Positions 1 to 12,911 of a DNA stretch of 64,000 nt are shown here, piece by piece (positions within the stretch are counted from its first letter, which is position 1; each line of letters starts with the position of its first letter). The stretch comes from Eledone cirrhosa (lineage: Eukaryota). Both the position numbers and the translations under genes were made by a program. Location: assembly GCA_964016885.1 (NCBI GenBank), contig OZ024741.1, forward strand, positions 375,472,001-375,536,000. Reading direction: 5' to 3'. Below the pieces are notes generated by a model. It was given only the letters and a program-made list of their open reading frames with translations. It ran no database searches and was not told the DNA's origin.

Positions 1-103
1 TTAGCAGAATCAGTAGAGCGTCGGACACCTTGCTTCGTGGCATAGTTACGTCTCTTTACGTTCTGAGTTGAAATCCCGCCGAGGTTAACTTTGCCTTTCA
101 TCC
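1..103 (+). mobile_element. tRNA-derived SINE, partial
   Basis: A-box-like TAGCAGAATCAG, B-box-like GAGTTGAAATCCC, then core GCCGAGGTTAACTTTGCCTTTCATCC shared with many copies in the window. Confidence 0.75.
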
Positions 104-442
104 AGGAGACCTAGGAGGAGACCTCGAGCAAGATGTATAATAACATCCATGAGCTTAGCTGGTCTCCAGTGGGGATTCACCTGGATCAATTGGAGTCGGT
201 TGCTTGTGACAGGACCCGATAAAGGGTGTGTTTGGGGTCCCTCCCCTCTCAGGAAGAAAAAAGAAGACATGGTGTATTTAGGATCACATTATCCAATGTC
301 TTTCAGATATAGTGTATCTAAGACCACAGCATCCAGAGTGTCCACTCCTTTTTAAAACCCGGAGATATAGTTGGTATGTCTAGTCAGTCGACTAACAAGG
401 TAGAAGCGCCATCGCTGATCCGAAACTATTATTATTATTATA

Positions 443-650
443 GGGCGGTGGATTGGCAGTATCGGTAGAGGGTCTGACGCCATGCTTTGCAGCAAAGAGT
501 TACGCCCCTTTATGGTTTGAGTTCAAATCCCGCCGAGGTTAACTTTGCCTTTCATCCTTACGGGGTCGATAAAATAAAGTACCAGTAATGCACTGGATAA
601 TTGCTGGCCTTGTGCCAAAAGTAGAAACAATTATTATTATTATTATTATT
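443..650 (+). mobile_element. tRNA-derived SINE, near full length, (ATT)n tail
   Basis: GGGCGGTGGATTGGCAGTATCGG (A box), GAGTTCAAATCCC (B box), core CTTTCATCCTTACGGGGTCGATAAAATAAAGTACCAG, ATT tail. Confidence 0.85.
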
Positions 651-656
651 TCACGA

Positions 657-820
657 CCCTTTACGTTCTGAGTTCAAATCTCGCTGAAGTTAGCTTTGCT
701 TTTCATCCTTGCGGGGTCGATAAAATAAAGCACCAGTAATGCACTGGGGTTGATTTAATCGACTTTCCCCTTCCTCAAAATTGCTGGCCTTGTGCCTATA
801 ATAGAAACCATTATTATTGT
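657..820 (+). mobile_element. 5'-truncated copy of the same SINE family
   Basis: B box, core and 3' GCTGGCCTTGTGCC match 443-650. Confidence 0.8.
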
Positions 821-1970
821 TAGTACTTTTTAACGTAGTTAGCATGGAATAAGTAGCTGATTTCCAAGACATGTTTTTATTTTCTAGTTTCAAGTAACAA
901 CATCATGCTATTTCTTTCTTAATTTATTTCCTATTCGTATTCTTAGATTTCACTGAATATTTTCAATATGTAAATGTAAATGTCTTCTTTATTTTTCTTA
1001 ACTCTATCAGACATTCCAGAGAAGTAAAAAAAAAAAAAAAAAAAATGAAGCCACTCCCTCACCAAATTTATACTTGAGCTGGTTTTGTATAGTCTACATT
1101 AAATTTGAAGGTTTATTTTATTGGGTTTTTTTCTCTTTCTATTTTAGCGTATAAAATACATTGACGGAAAGATATAACAATGACTGAACGATTAAGAAGT
1201 TCGTTTTATAATCCTAATATCCTGGACTTGACACATTGCACAGCACTTTGGTCAATCTAATAGACAGGATCATAGCTTAGAATAAAATGCTTTACGCTAT
1301 TTGTTCCGACTCTCTGCGCTTTGAATTCGAACCCCGCCGGAGTCAACTTTGCCTTTCATCCTTCCGAAATCGATAAAATATAATATCAGCCCAGGGCGGT
1401 GGATTTAGGATTTTTTATTTATTTATTTATTTATGTATTTATTTATTTATTTATTTATTTTGTTCCAATCTTTTACCTTCTCAGATCAAATTCCGCTGTG
1501 ACCTAATTGGATGGCACACTTAATTCGTCACTCGATTTAACACCATTATCTGACCCTTTGGTGCCGTTAGCAGATTCCACGCCTTCTCATCAGTCTCTGG
1601 GACACTGAAACACGTCATAGGCACTGAATGATACCCCTATTCCCACCCTCCTTGACTAAACAATAAAAAAAAAACAACATTGTGTGTGAAATTGGATTCT
1701 GGTTTATTCTCAGCCCTGCTCGGATCAACCAGTTGTATGATTAAATGTGTTCCAGTTATGATCATTCAATTTTTGATTCAGACATACCATACATACCGTA
1801 TCCAATGTGTCTTTCTTTTTTTAATAGGTTGTGATCTAAAAAAAAATGTTTCTGCTACTTGTAATAAATCGAGTAACCCCATATGGCTCTCTTGAATAGA
1901 TGAACTGTAGCTTTAATTTAAAAGTCCAACTTTATCACTTATCTAGAACTTGGGAGCCCGGGGCACCTCA

Positions 1971-2001
<31 letters not shown>

Positions 2002-2117
2002 CTCATACACAAAAGGTTAGAATACACAGCAAACCCCAATTTTACATATCAAAATCAGCTGGCACAAGTTATTGGAATTGAAAAGCTCTCGTACAGGTAT
2101 TAAATTCAAAAAAATTT

Positions 2118-2310
2118 AACCATCCTCATTTTACGACCACTTTCAACACTGGCATGTGTTAGACGAGTTATCACAGTCCGAGACCAGACGTATCGAAATG
2201 ACCTCATATTGTCCATACATTACATATTTGGCATAGTTTCTATGACTGGATGCCCTTCCTAACAACCACTTTAGAGTGTTTACTGAATCCATTGTTTTGA
2301 AATACCGGCA
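2118..2310 (-). mobile_element. 3' tail of a SINE/RTE-related repeat
   Basis: CTGGATGCCCTTCCTAAC motif shared with 52948-53170 and 60402-60595, and in the opposite orientation with 32930. Confidence 0.5.
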
Positions 2311-2639
2311 CAACCACTTTACACAACGACATCAAATATAGTTCTCGTTACCAAAGAGATAAAACTAAAAAGCCCAGCAGTGGGGCACAAATATTGTTAC
2401 GGTCGTCGCTGGTGAGCCCCACCCCTTATTAAATCCGGCCCTGCTGATCGTACACTGCATTTTGCAGATGTTGCTTGCTGAAGCTACGTGACTGTCAGGA
2501 TGTGTAGGTAGACCTACATCGAATGTGTAGGTAGACCCGTTTATTGAACAAATGGAATACACATAACCTAAAGCAATGCGAGATCTATATACACAGTCGG
2601 AATTGTTTTGTCGTGGATTACATGGAGGTAACTAATCCG

Positions 2640-2822
2640 TTGGTTCATAACAGAGTTAACCCATTAATGTTGCTGATACTCATTTTCGGCTGATTGAGTT
2701 AGAACAACATAAAATGAAGTACTTTGCTGAAGGATACAATGCATCATCAGTTCTAGGAATCGAAACCTACGATCTAATGCTTGTGAACCCACACCGTAAC
2801 CACTAGACCATGTGGCTTCACT
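2640..2822 (-). mobile_element. tRNA-derived SINE (second family)
   Basis: Minus strand has TGGTCTAGTGG A box, GGTTTCGATTCC B box and TCCTTCAGCAAAGTACTTCATTT core. Confidence 0.65.
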
Positions 2823-2852
2823 GTTAAAACTATTAATATATATATAATGTAT

Positions 2853-3170
2853 TAGTGGTTAGAGCGTTGGGCTTACAATCGTGATGTTATGAGTTCGATT
2901 CCCGGATCTGGCTATGCGTTGTGTCCTTGAACATGTCAATTTATTTCCTCCAGTTTACTCAGCTGTAGAAATGAGTTGCGATGTCACTGGTGTCAAGCTG
3001 TATCGGCTATTGCCTTTCCCTTGGACAACATCGGTGGTATATATAGGGGCAAAATGATATGCATGTGCGACTGCTAGTCTTTCACAAAAACACTTTGCCC
3101 GGTGTTATGCCTTGGAGGGGAACTTTCTTTGTGCAAACCTCATGGTCATTCGTGACCTAAGGGGGTCTTT
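2853..3170 (+). mobile_element. tRNA-derived SINE (second family)
   Basis: TAGTGGTTAGAGCG...GAGTTCGATTCCCGG head; TGTCCTTGAACA and CCAGTTTACTCAGCTGTAGAAATGAG core shared with 32760-33110. Confidence 0.75.
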
Positions 3171-3814
3171 TTACGTATTTATGTGTTTTATTCCCACAGT
3201 GATATGTGTTTTGTTTTTGAAATCCTCATCGTTCGACTGAAATAGTACACGGCTACAATCCTTCTTCACCCCGTCATATGACGGGGGATTAATACTGGCA
3301 ATTGGTAGGATATGACAACCCAAACGGAATTTGAAATCAAAACGCAAAGCTTCGAAACAGAAACTGCAAGGCATCCTGCTCGATGTTCAAACACTCCCGC
3401 CAATCCACCGTCCTAGATTGATACTTTATTTATCGACTCCGAAAGGGAAAAGGGCAAAGTTAACCTCAGCGGAACAAATGCCACAAAATATTCTATGTGA
3501 CACCCTAATAACTCTACCAATTTGTCGTTTTGATATACTTATAGGTAACTAGTTCTGCAAATCAACTCATCTTTACTTTGCATATTTCTTTCTTTCCTTC
3601 TCAAATAATTGAATTTTACCTGTAAAGTTGACTTCCAAGCATTGATACAACAGTTAAAATATAAACTTTATGGCAGGAGAGGGAGAGAGAGGGGAGGGGA
3701 GAGAGTGCGAGAAAGAGAGAGGAAGAGAGAGAGGAGGGAGGGTAGAGGGAGAAAGGGGAGGGGAAAAAGTTTGCCTGATAATTAAGAAGAATCCCACCCT
3801 CATTAATGGGTGGG

Positions 3815-3930
3815 TACTTAATTTATCAACATCGAAAGGATGAAAAGCAAAGTCGACCTCGGCGGGATTTGAACTCAGAGCGCAATGAGCCGAAACAAAT
3901 ACCGAGGTATTTTGCCAATTCACCGCCTTG
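3815..3930 (-). mobile_element. SINE fragment (first family); further fragments at ~1310-1385 and ~3420-3530
   Basis: Reverse complement of GAGTTCAAATCCCGCCGAGGTCGACTTTGCTTTTCATCC. Confidence 0.7.
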
Positions 3931-4329
3931 GTGAATAGTGTTAATACTAGTGTTGCTCATGTTAATCTTGTCGTTGTTATTGGAGGGATTGTTATTGTTG
4001 TTGTCGTTGTTGTCGTTGATTTTCATGTTAGCGCCTCTGGTTAAAGACATCAGAATCTAGATTTACTAATTAATGTTCTACACATCCAACGTTAATTAAA
4101 TTAGTTACGATATCTTCGTAGAAGAGGAAATAAAAAGGAAAAAGGAGAACGAGAGGGGAGGGGGGAGAACGTGGGAGGGGAGAACGTGAGAGGGGGGGGG
4201 GTATACATCAGAGAAACAGAAGCAGGAAATACCGTGAGTGGCAGGCAAAAATAAATACATACTTATATAAATAGATAAAAAAAAAAATATTGAAATGTGT
4301 TTCATATAAATGGAATTAATTTGGTTTTA

Positions 4330-4741
<412 letters not shown>

Positions 4742-4925
4742 ATTTACATATACATAAAGTCACAGATATATATGTGGCAACCGGTCACGATGTGGCTTAA
4801 TGAAGAATTAATAAATTAAATAATCAGAGCAATATATCATGGAAATGGTATATATTTTATCTAATAATTCTAAGAACATGATTTATGATATATATATTTA
4901 TATTTGCTTGTTCTGCTTATCTCAA

Positions 4926-4981
<56 letters not shown>

Positions 4982-4987
<6 letters not shown>

Positions 4988-5270
4988 ATACTTGGGGAGG
5001 GTCATATTGCCAGAAATAATAACAGAACACACTAACTGTTTGGTTTGAGTTGGTTTTCGCTTCTGTATCTTTTATATCTCGATAGTTAATTTATTTGGCA
5101 ATCAATGTTTATTATTGATTGACCAGCGGTTAAAAATACAGATATAAATATATATAGTCTGTCAAAGTTCTTTCGTCGCACATCTGCGACATCATCAGTG
5201 GTACTATTATATTTCCTCCCATTGTATTGTAATGTCTACGCAATTTTGATTTTATTTATTTATTTATTCT

Positions 5271-5321
<51 letters not shown>

Positions 5322-7560
5322 CTCTGTGTGCGCATGCGTTTGCGTGCGTGTGTATAATGTTTGGTGTGTGTGTTCGCGTTTAAGTGTATGTGTTTTTGTT
5401 TTTGTATTCTATCTTTGTTCACTAGTGTGTGTTTATATGTGTTTGTTATTGTACTTGTGTATATATTTGTTTATTTATTTATTTATATTTCCCTTAAGTC
5501 AGTATTGTTTGTTTGGGTATGGTTGTTGTTCCATGGGTTCTTTCTGTTCAACTTTGGTTTCCTTAGCTCTATCTCAGTTGCTTCTCTGATTTGCCTACCT
5601 GTTGAGTCATTTCTATGTTTAGATATTATTTTAATTTCTATGTTGTCTATATTACCGCCATGTCTTTGTCTGGCGTGTTCGTATAGTACTGAACCGTTTT
5701 GTTGTTTTTTTTGTCCTTTTAATTCCCACCAGTATTAGTCTATTCTTTCTCCTATGCTTCGAGCTGTCTCACCTATGTATGTCGTTGTCATGTTTCTGCA
5801 AGTACCCTCTGTACATTTTATGCTATAGACTACATTTCTAGTTTTACAATTTATCTGGGGGTTCATTCTACATATAACACATTTCTTGTATGTCTTGCTG
5901 ATCAGTGATTTTATGGTGGTTGCTGGATTTTCTACCCCTTTAATCTTAGGGCCTTTCTACATTGCTTAGCTAATTTCCCTCCAAAGGTAGCATCCACGAA
6001 CATGATGCTCTGATATCTCTGGTTGTCGTACCATGAAGTGGCTTTCCCTATCTTATGTTTAGTCCTATCCAAGCTATTCCATGATTGCTCTTGTATAATG
6101 GGCAAATTCCTTTTATGTCCATTTCTATGAGGGTCTTATATTTCTCCGTGGCTCCTTTGTATACTCTGATTATGTCTCTTTGGTTGTAGCCAGAGAACTG
6201 CATGAGATTGATGAAGTGTTGGATGTGTCTTTCCATTTCATTTGGGTCGCACATGCGGAACACATTCTTCATCAATCTTACCAAGTCTGCGATCAGAATA
6301 TCAAAATTAGCACTATTAGACATTGCTGAGTTTTTGAGTATCAGGTATTTGGAGGTCATTGGTTTAGCATAGTGTGAGTGGAGAATTTGGGCCCTCTCGT
6401 TTATAGTGTTTATCCAGAATTCCGTGTCTAATACTGGTAGTCTATTGTTAGGGTGTTTGGAAGAGTAGTCAACGGTTACAGTTATACTCTGGTGTATGGA
6501 GTTAGCTATCTGCTGGATGCTCTCCATTGTGCTATTTTCTAATTCCTGTTTATTAGTACTCTCTTGTGTGTGTGTGTGTGGGGGGGGGGGGTCTTTATAC
6601 TATATTAATATCGTCTACGTAACGAGAGTACATGACGGGGTCTATGGAGTTCTCTTCAAGGCGTTCTCTGAGTCTCTTCTCCCACCCTACCATAAATAGA
6701 TTGGCAACATTGCCAACTATGCTGACGCCAATGGCTGCTGTATATTTCTGGGTGTAGATCTTTTCATTAAATTTAAACATATGGCCCTTTAGGGTAGTTT
6801 TAATACTAGCCCCTATTATATGTGCGACCATTTTTCTCACTTGATCATTGTTTTGGAGTGTCCGTATGGCTTTGGTCCATCCATTCCATCTTCCCATAGG
6901 AGCCTTTTTAGCCCTTGAGGTTATGGAGGGGGGGGGGTCTACCTCTTATAGGTCTACTGAGGCAGAAACAGCTAAGGTCATGATTATCAAGGTATTCGGT
7001 GTCATAAGTAAGTCTAAGTAGGAGGCCCAGTTCATCTGTGTCGACGTCGCAGAACTCCACTTCGCTCTCACTGATTATTTCCATACATTTTTCCACAGCA
7101 AAATCAATGTCAATGGATGGCTACAGTGATACTATATCCATACTGCCTATAATACAGTTTGTTAAGTTTTTGTTGTTGTTGTTGCATTCATTGACTCTGC
7201 TGAGGAGGTCCTCTGTGCTGTCAGATACATCTGGGGACATCTTAATTATGGGGCGTATAACCATAGAGAGGAAGTAGGAGATTCTGTAGTTGCTAGCAAT
7301 ATTGGCTCCGCATACAGGTCTTGTTGGTGGTCCTGTCGTCGGGTTGTTGGTTATTTTATGGTCTTTGCGGAGCCCATACAAGAGTGGTATGTCGTTGTTA
7401 GACGATTGGAAGTTGTTGGCTATGCGTCTACTTGGCTTTAAGTTGTCGGTCCACATCATCATGTGAGCGTTGAGGATCTTTTCTCTCTCTCCTCATGTGT
7501 TTGTTGTGTTGTTTCGCTCGTGTTGATGACGTAGGGTTGCATAGCCTTTCTAGCTATGGT
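4982..7560 (-). mobile_element. Penelope-like element (Naiad-like), old decayed copy with pLTR
   Basis: Fragmented ORFs with [43 protein letters not shown] and VVYSIKC...YIGET; multiple stops and frameshifts; 3' end abuts (TA)n. Confidence 0.9.
5154..5206 (-). ncRNA. Minimal type I hammerhead ribozyme in PLE pLTR
   Basis: Minus strand CUGAUGA-U-GUCGCA(GAUG)UGCGAC-GAAA-GAAC-UU; helix I imperfect. Confidence 0.75.
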
Positions 7561-7901
7561 AAACTGTGCCTGTTTCGTCATCTATTTGTTGTGGTATACA
7601 AACTCTTTCATGTTACACGACAGCTAAGAGCAACCTGCCTTGCAAGATGCATTTGAGGCAACACAACACCACTGAGACAGGGAACAACAAGAGAGTGTCT
7701 TTCGACAGTAAACATGACAGAATACGGTGTAGACATTTGCAATGGAAACATCGGAAGAAGAGAAATATAAGCAGACTTTCATCAACAAAGAAGAGAGAGA
7801 GGGAGAAATAAAAAAAGAGAGAGAGAGAAAATTAATCAAAGAAGGAGCGCGCGGCGGCACCGTAATAAAATTACCAAAGTTACAATAATGCATATATATA
7901 A

Positions 7902-7974
<73 letters not shown>

Positions 7975-8302
7975 TATATATATATATATATAAAAAAAGG
8001 AACGATCGACTTTCGTCAAATCGGACCGAGGGAACAATGTTTCCGTTGGTCTTTCCAATTGTTAATACTATCTATCGGTCGCAACTCCAGGTAGAAGGAA
8101 CAACGTGAAATAAAGTGTCTTGCTCAAGGACATAACGCATATATATATATATTGTTATACTTTGGGAGGGTCATGTTGCCAATAAGAAACACACGCACCA
8201 GTTGCTTTCACTTCAATTTATTATAATCAATTTATAAATTTAGGAATTTATAAATTTCCGGTTGGTTGGTTGGTTCCATAATCAGATGGTTGTTTATATA
8301 TT

Positions 8303-8346
8303 GTCGAAGTTCTTTCGTCACACATTCTGTGACCTCTTCAGTGACT
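8303..8346 (-). ncRNA. Minimal type I hammerhead ribozyme in pLTR
   Basis: GUCA-CUGAAGA-G-GUCACA(GAAUG)UGUGAC-GAAA-GAAC-UU-CGAC; closing pair of helix I mismatched. Confidence 0.75.
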
Positions 8347-8554
8347 GGGGATTCTTTTCTTTGTTTTTGTGCCTCTCCTTTGTTCTGTCCTACGCCATTT
8401 TGTTTCTGTGTGTGTGTTGTGTGCTCAGTCTGCACATGCGCCACATCCGGGTGTCTGTGTGTGTTTATATTCGTTTATTTATTTGTTTATTTACATGTTA
8501 CAGGTTGGTTGTTTGTTCTATGTGCGTGTGTGTTTTCATTTTGTCCTTAATTGT

Positions 8555-11132
8555 TTAATTGTAAGTTGTGATGTTACTGTTCCACTCATATTTTCTATTT
8601 AATTTTGGTTGTAATTCTTTTATGTTTATTGCCTCTGTGATTTGTCTAAACATTGCGTCTTTTCTGTGTATAGATTCTATTTTTATTTCTATGTTCTCTA
8701 ATTTACCCTTATGTTCTATTTTAGCATGTTGGTAGAGTACAGATGATTCTTTACTATCTTGAAGGTCTCGCCAGTGTTCATTTATCCGTTCCCCTACACT
8801 ACGAGCTGTCTCACCTATGTACACTATATTTTTGTCTCTACATTGTCCTTCAGTACATCTTATGCTATATACTACATTTCTAGTTTTACAGTTAATATGG
8901 GGGCTTAATTTACAGGTTATACATTTCTTATCTATACAGGGGGGTCTTATAAAAGGGTATGTCTTGCTAATAAGTGTTTTTACGGAGGTACCTGGTCTTT
9001 CTACTATTTTAATATTGAGTTTATGTTTGTCTAGGGCCCTTCTAAATTTGTAAGCTAATTCACCTCTAGGGGTTGTATCGATGAACATTACACTCTGGTA
9101 TTTATTGCTATCATACCATGAGTTTATTCTATTAGCCTTATTCCTAGTTCTTTCTATTCTATTCCAAAATTTGCTCATATACAAGGGGCAGGTCCCATTT
9201 GTGTCATTATTTACCATTTTTTCCCATTTGGTTCTGGCTCCTCTATACACTCTGATTTTATCTCTCTGATTGTAACCAGAGAGCTGCATACGGTGGATGA
9301 AGTGTTGTATGTGTCTCTCTAGTTCTTCGGGGTTGCACATGCGGGACACGTTTCTCATCACCCGTACCAAATCCGCAATCAGTATGTTGATTTGGGTATG
9401 GTCCGAAACAGCTGAGTTTCGGTGGATCAGATATTTGGAAGTCATGGGTTTGGCATAATGGGAATGGAGGATTTGTTTTTTGTTATTAATGGTATCTAAC
9501 CAGAGCTCTGTGTCTAGTACAGGTAATCGATGGTTGGGGTGTTTACTTGGGTAGTCTATAGTAACTCTAATACTCTGGTGGATGGAGTTAGCTATTTGCT
9601 GGATGCTTTCCATTGCGTTTTTCTCTAATTCCTGACTGTTCTCTAGTGGGGGTGTTTTAACTACGATGTTTATATCATCAACGTAGCGGGAGTACATTAT
9701 CAGGGTTAAGGGGGTCTTCTAATTGTTCTTTAAGTTTAAGTTTAAGTCTACTGTCCCACCATACCATGAATAAGTTAGCTATGTCACCTGCAATGCTAAC
9801 ACCAATGGCTGCTTCTTTCTCTTGGGCATATGTTTTTCCATTAAATTTGAACATATGTTCCTTAAGGGTTAATTTTATGCTGGCCCCCACCGCATGTGCA
9901 ATCATTTTCTTCAGTTCATCGTGGTTTTCAGGTGTCCGTATGGCTCTGGTCCACCCGTTCCATCTATCTGTGTGGGTTTTCTTGGCCATTGAGGTAATGG
10001 TAGGTGGTCTGCCTCTTGCTGGTCTTGTAGGGCACAGGTTGCTAAGGTCATATGTGTCTAGGTAATTATTACTATAGGTAAGTTTAAGTAGGAGTCCCAG
10101 CTCACCGGTGTCAATCCCACGGAACTCAACATTGCTCTCACTGATCATTTCTACGCATTTCTCCACAGCAAAATCCACATCAATAGATGGATACAGGGAC
10201 ACAACATCCATACTACCTATTATGCAGTTTGTTAGGTCCCTAGATCGGTTACTCCCGCCGATTCTGCTGAGGAGGTCCTCCCTGCTGTCACATACATCTG
10301 GGGACATTTCAATGATGGGGCGTATGATCAGGGAGAGGAAGTAGGACACTCTGTAGTTACTAGCAATGTTAGCTTCACAGACTGGCCGTGTTGGTGGTCC
10401 CGTGACAGGGTCACTGTCCGTTTTATGGTCTTTTCGAAGCCCATACAACGCCGGCACGTCATTGTTCCAGGCCTGGAAGTTGTTGGCAGTCCTTTTGTTG
10501 GGCTGCATTATATTCGTCCACATCACCATATGGGCATTGAGGGCTTTTTCTCTATCCTCATGCTCCTGTGGTGTTACTTCTCTTGTGTTGGTGATGTGGG
10601 GTTGCATTGCCTGGATGTAGTTTGGCAGGCTCTCAACCGACATTCTGCCAGACTTGTCTGTTGGAAAGCATGCTATCTCTCCATTACGCGAGCGCTGCAT
10701 GAGCTTACGCAAGCCATTTGCAGACTTTTCTCCCAGTTGCTGGGCCTCCATTCTATTATGCTTCTTGCTATACTGTTCTACAATATTTCTAAGTTCGGAT
10801 CTAGCTATACTAAATTGTGCTTCTGTTTGTTCATCGACCTGCGACGGAAATTGCGTGCGTTTGTTAAATGGTAAAGTCGTGGCGTGGACTTGTCGCAGGT
10901 CGAACGACTTATCGGAGGGATTATAAAAAGTAGAGTTCCAGGCTGCTGCTTTATGTGTACTAGTGCTATTGTTATTGTTAGTTGTGTTATTTCTATTTAT
11001 ATTTCCACCAACAGCCTCATGGTTGTTTCTATGTCTCTCATTATTACTCCTGTCTCTTTCCACTGGCTCATTGTTATTATCTACTCTATTTTGTGTGTCT
11101 GTGTGTTCGTCTTGGTTATTTTCTTTGTCCAT
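8555..11132 (-). pseudogene. PLE reverse transcriptase-GIY-YIG endonuclease ORF split by one frameshift (~9710)
   Basis: [37 protein letters not shown], CxxxxCxxC..C, VVYSIRC..YIGET..R..EH, HxxxxH, E..LN; G5 run at 9710-9714 versus G4 in the paralog at 42135 restores the frame. Confidence 0.92.
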
Positions 11133-11180
11133 AGTCTCCCTTCTCCTTTTAATCCTATTACCTTCCCAAATTCAGAAACG

Positions 11181-11232
<52 letters not shown>

Positions 11233-11238
<6 letters not shown>

Positions 11239-12900
11239 ATACTTTAGGAGGGTTATGTTGCCAATAAAACACACGCACCTGTTAGTTTTCACTTCAATTT
11301 ATTATAGGTTTCCGGTTTGTTGGTTGGTTCGATAACCTGAAGGTTCTATATATATTGTCAAAGCTCTTTCGTCATACATTCTGTGACCTCCTCGGTGACT
11401 ATTGTTTTTATTTTTTGTGTCTCTCCTTTGTTCTGTCATACACCATCTTGTTTTTGTGTTTTGTGTGCTTAGTTTGCGCATGCGTTACATCCGGGTGTGT
11501 GTGTTTTATTTATTTATTTGTGTTTATTTACTTGTCACTAGTTGGTTGTTTGTTCTATCTGTGTGTGTCTGATTTGTTTTGTTAGTTTGGTTTTTGTGTC
11601 TCTGTATGTCTTCATTTTGTCCTTAATTACTAGTTTTGATGTTGCTATTCCACTCATGTTTTCTGTTTAATTTTGGTTGGAATTCGTTTATATTTGTCGC
11701 CTCTGTGATTTGTCTGAGCATTGTATCTTTTCTGTGTGTGGACATAATTTTTATCTCTATGTTCTCTAATGTGCCCCTATGTTCTATTTTGGCATGTTGG
11801 TGGAGTACTGATGAGTTTTTCCAATTCTGGAATTCTCGCCAGTTTTCACTTACCCTTTCGCCTATGTTCGGGTTGCTTCATCTTTGTATCTTATATTCTT
11901 ATTCTTACACTGTCCCTCAGTACATCGTATGCTATATTCTACGTTCCTAGTTTTACAGTTAGTTTGCGGGTTTAGCTTGCAGACTATCCATTTCCTATCA
12001 GCACAGGGGGATCTTTGAAATGGGTATGTTTTGCTAATTAGGGTTTTTATGGGAATACCTGGTCTTTCAACTATCTTAATATTTAAATTTAGCTTGTCTA
12101 GGGCCCTTCTAAATCTGTAAGCTAGTTCGCTTATCGAGGTTGTATTGACGAACATTACACTCTGGTATTTATTGCTATCATACCATGATTTTATTTTATT
12201 TAATTTATTCCTAATCCTTTCTATTCTGTTCCAAAATTTGCTTCTATACATGGGACAAGTTCCAGTTGCATCATTTTCTACAATCTTTGCCCATTTGGTT
12301 TTGGCTCCTTTATATACCCTGATCTTGTCTTTCTGATTGTAGCCAGAGAACTGCATGCGGTGGATGAAGTGTTCTATGTGTCTCTCTAACTCTTTTGGAT
12401 TGCACATGCGGTACACGTTCCTCATCACTCTTACTAAGTCCGCAATCAGTATATTGATTTTTATGTGATCCGAAACAGCTGAGTTTTGTGGATCAGGTAC
12501 TTGGAGATCATGGGTTTGGCATAATGCGAATGGCGGGTTTGCGTTCTATTACTAATAGTTTCCAACCAGAGTTCTGTGTCTACTACAGGTAGTCTATGGT
12601 TGGGGTGTTTAGTTGGGTAGTCTATAGTAACTTTAATGGTGGATGGAGTTAGCTATTGCTGGATGCTTTCCATTGTGTTCTTCTCTAATTCTTGACTGTT
12701 CTCCTGTGGGGGTATTTTACTACGATATTTATGTCATCTACGTAGCGGGAGTACATAGTCAGGGTTATAAAATTGCCGTCTAATTGTTCCTTAAGTCTCC
12801 TGTTTTTATTGGCAGCATGACCCTCCCAAAGTATAACAATATCTGTTTCAACACACGTTTTTAGATAAGAAATCTCGCAAAACAAATTAAAAAACAAATT
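11233..12900 (-). mobile_element. 5'-truncated PLE (Naiad-like subfamily) with an inverted pLTR tail at 12803-12900
   Basis: YSRYVDD to endonuclease remnants; + strand TTATTGGCAGCATGACCCTCCCAAAGTATAACAATATC is an inverted copy of the family's 3' tail. Confidence 0.9.
11357..11399 (-). ncRNA. Hammerhead ribozyme variant (core CCGAGGA)
   Basis: GUCA-CCGAGGA-G-GUCACA(GAAUG)UAUGAC-GAAA-GAGC-UU-UGAC. Confidence 0.65.
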
Positions 12901-12911
12901 TTATATATATA

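Larger units (their letters stand above)
8151..11183 (-). mobile_element. Penelope-like element (Naiad-like), 5'-truncated, with 3' pLTR and a short inverted tail at the 5' end
   Basis: RT + zinc knuckle + GIY-YIG ORF; flanked by (TA)n on both sides; 11167-11183 CAAATTCAGAAACGAAA is the reverse complement of the tail end seen at ~51029. Confidence 0.95.

Noticed and set aside
443-530. tRNA gene
   Set aside because: A/B boxes are too far apart and run into a repeated SINE body; no cloverleaf
8151-9000. Selenoprotein/SECIS feature reported for many Naiad elements
   Set aside because: No in-frame UGA in the ORF and no convincing SECIS in the 3' UTR by eye; the Trp at a zinc-knuckle Cys in the 11862 copy is not sufficient evidence
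9705-9720. Programmed frameshift between RT halves
   Set aside because: The paralog at 42135 is in frame, so this is a single-base insertion or homopolymer error
9766-10926. Antisense ORFs over the PLE, LINE and Gypsy coding regions
   Set aside because: Shadow frames with no recognisable motifs
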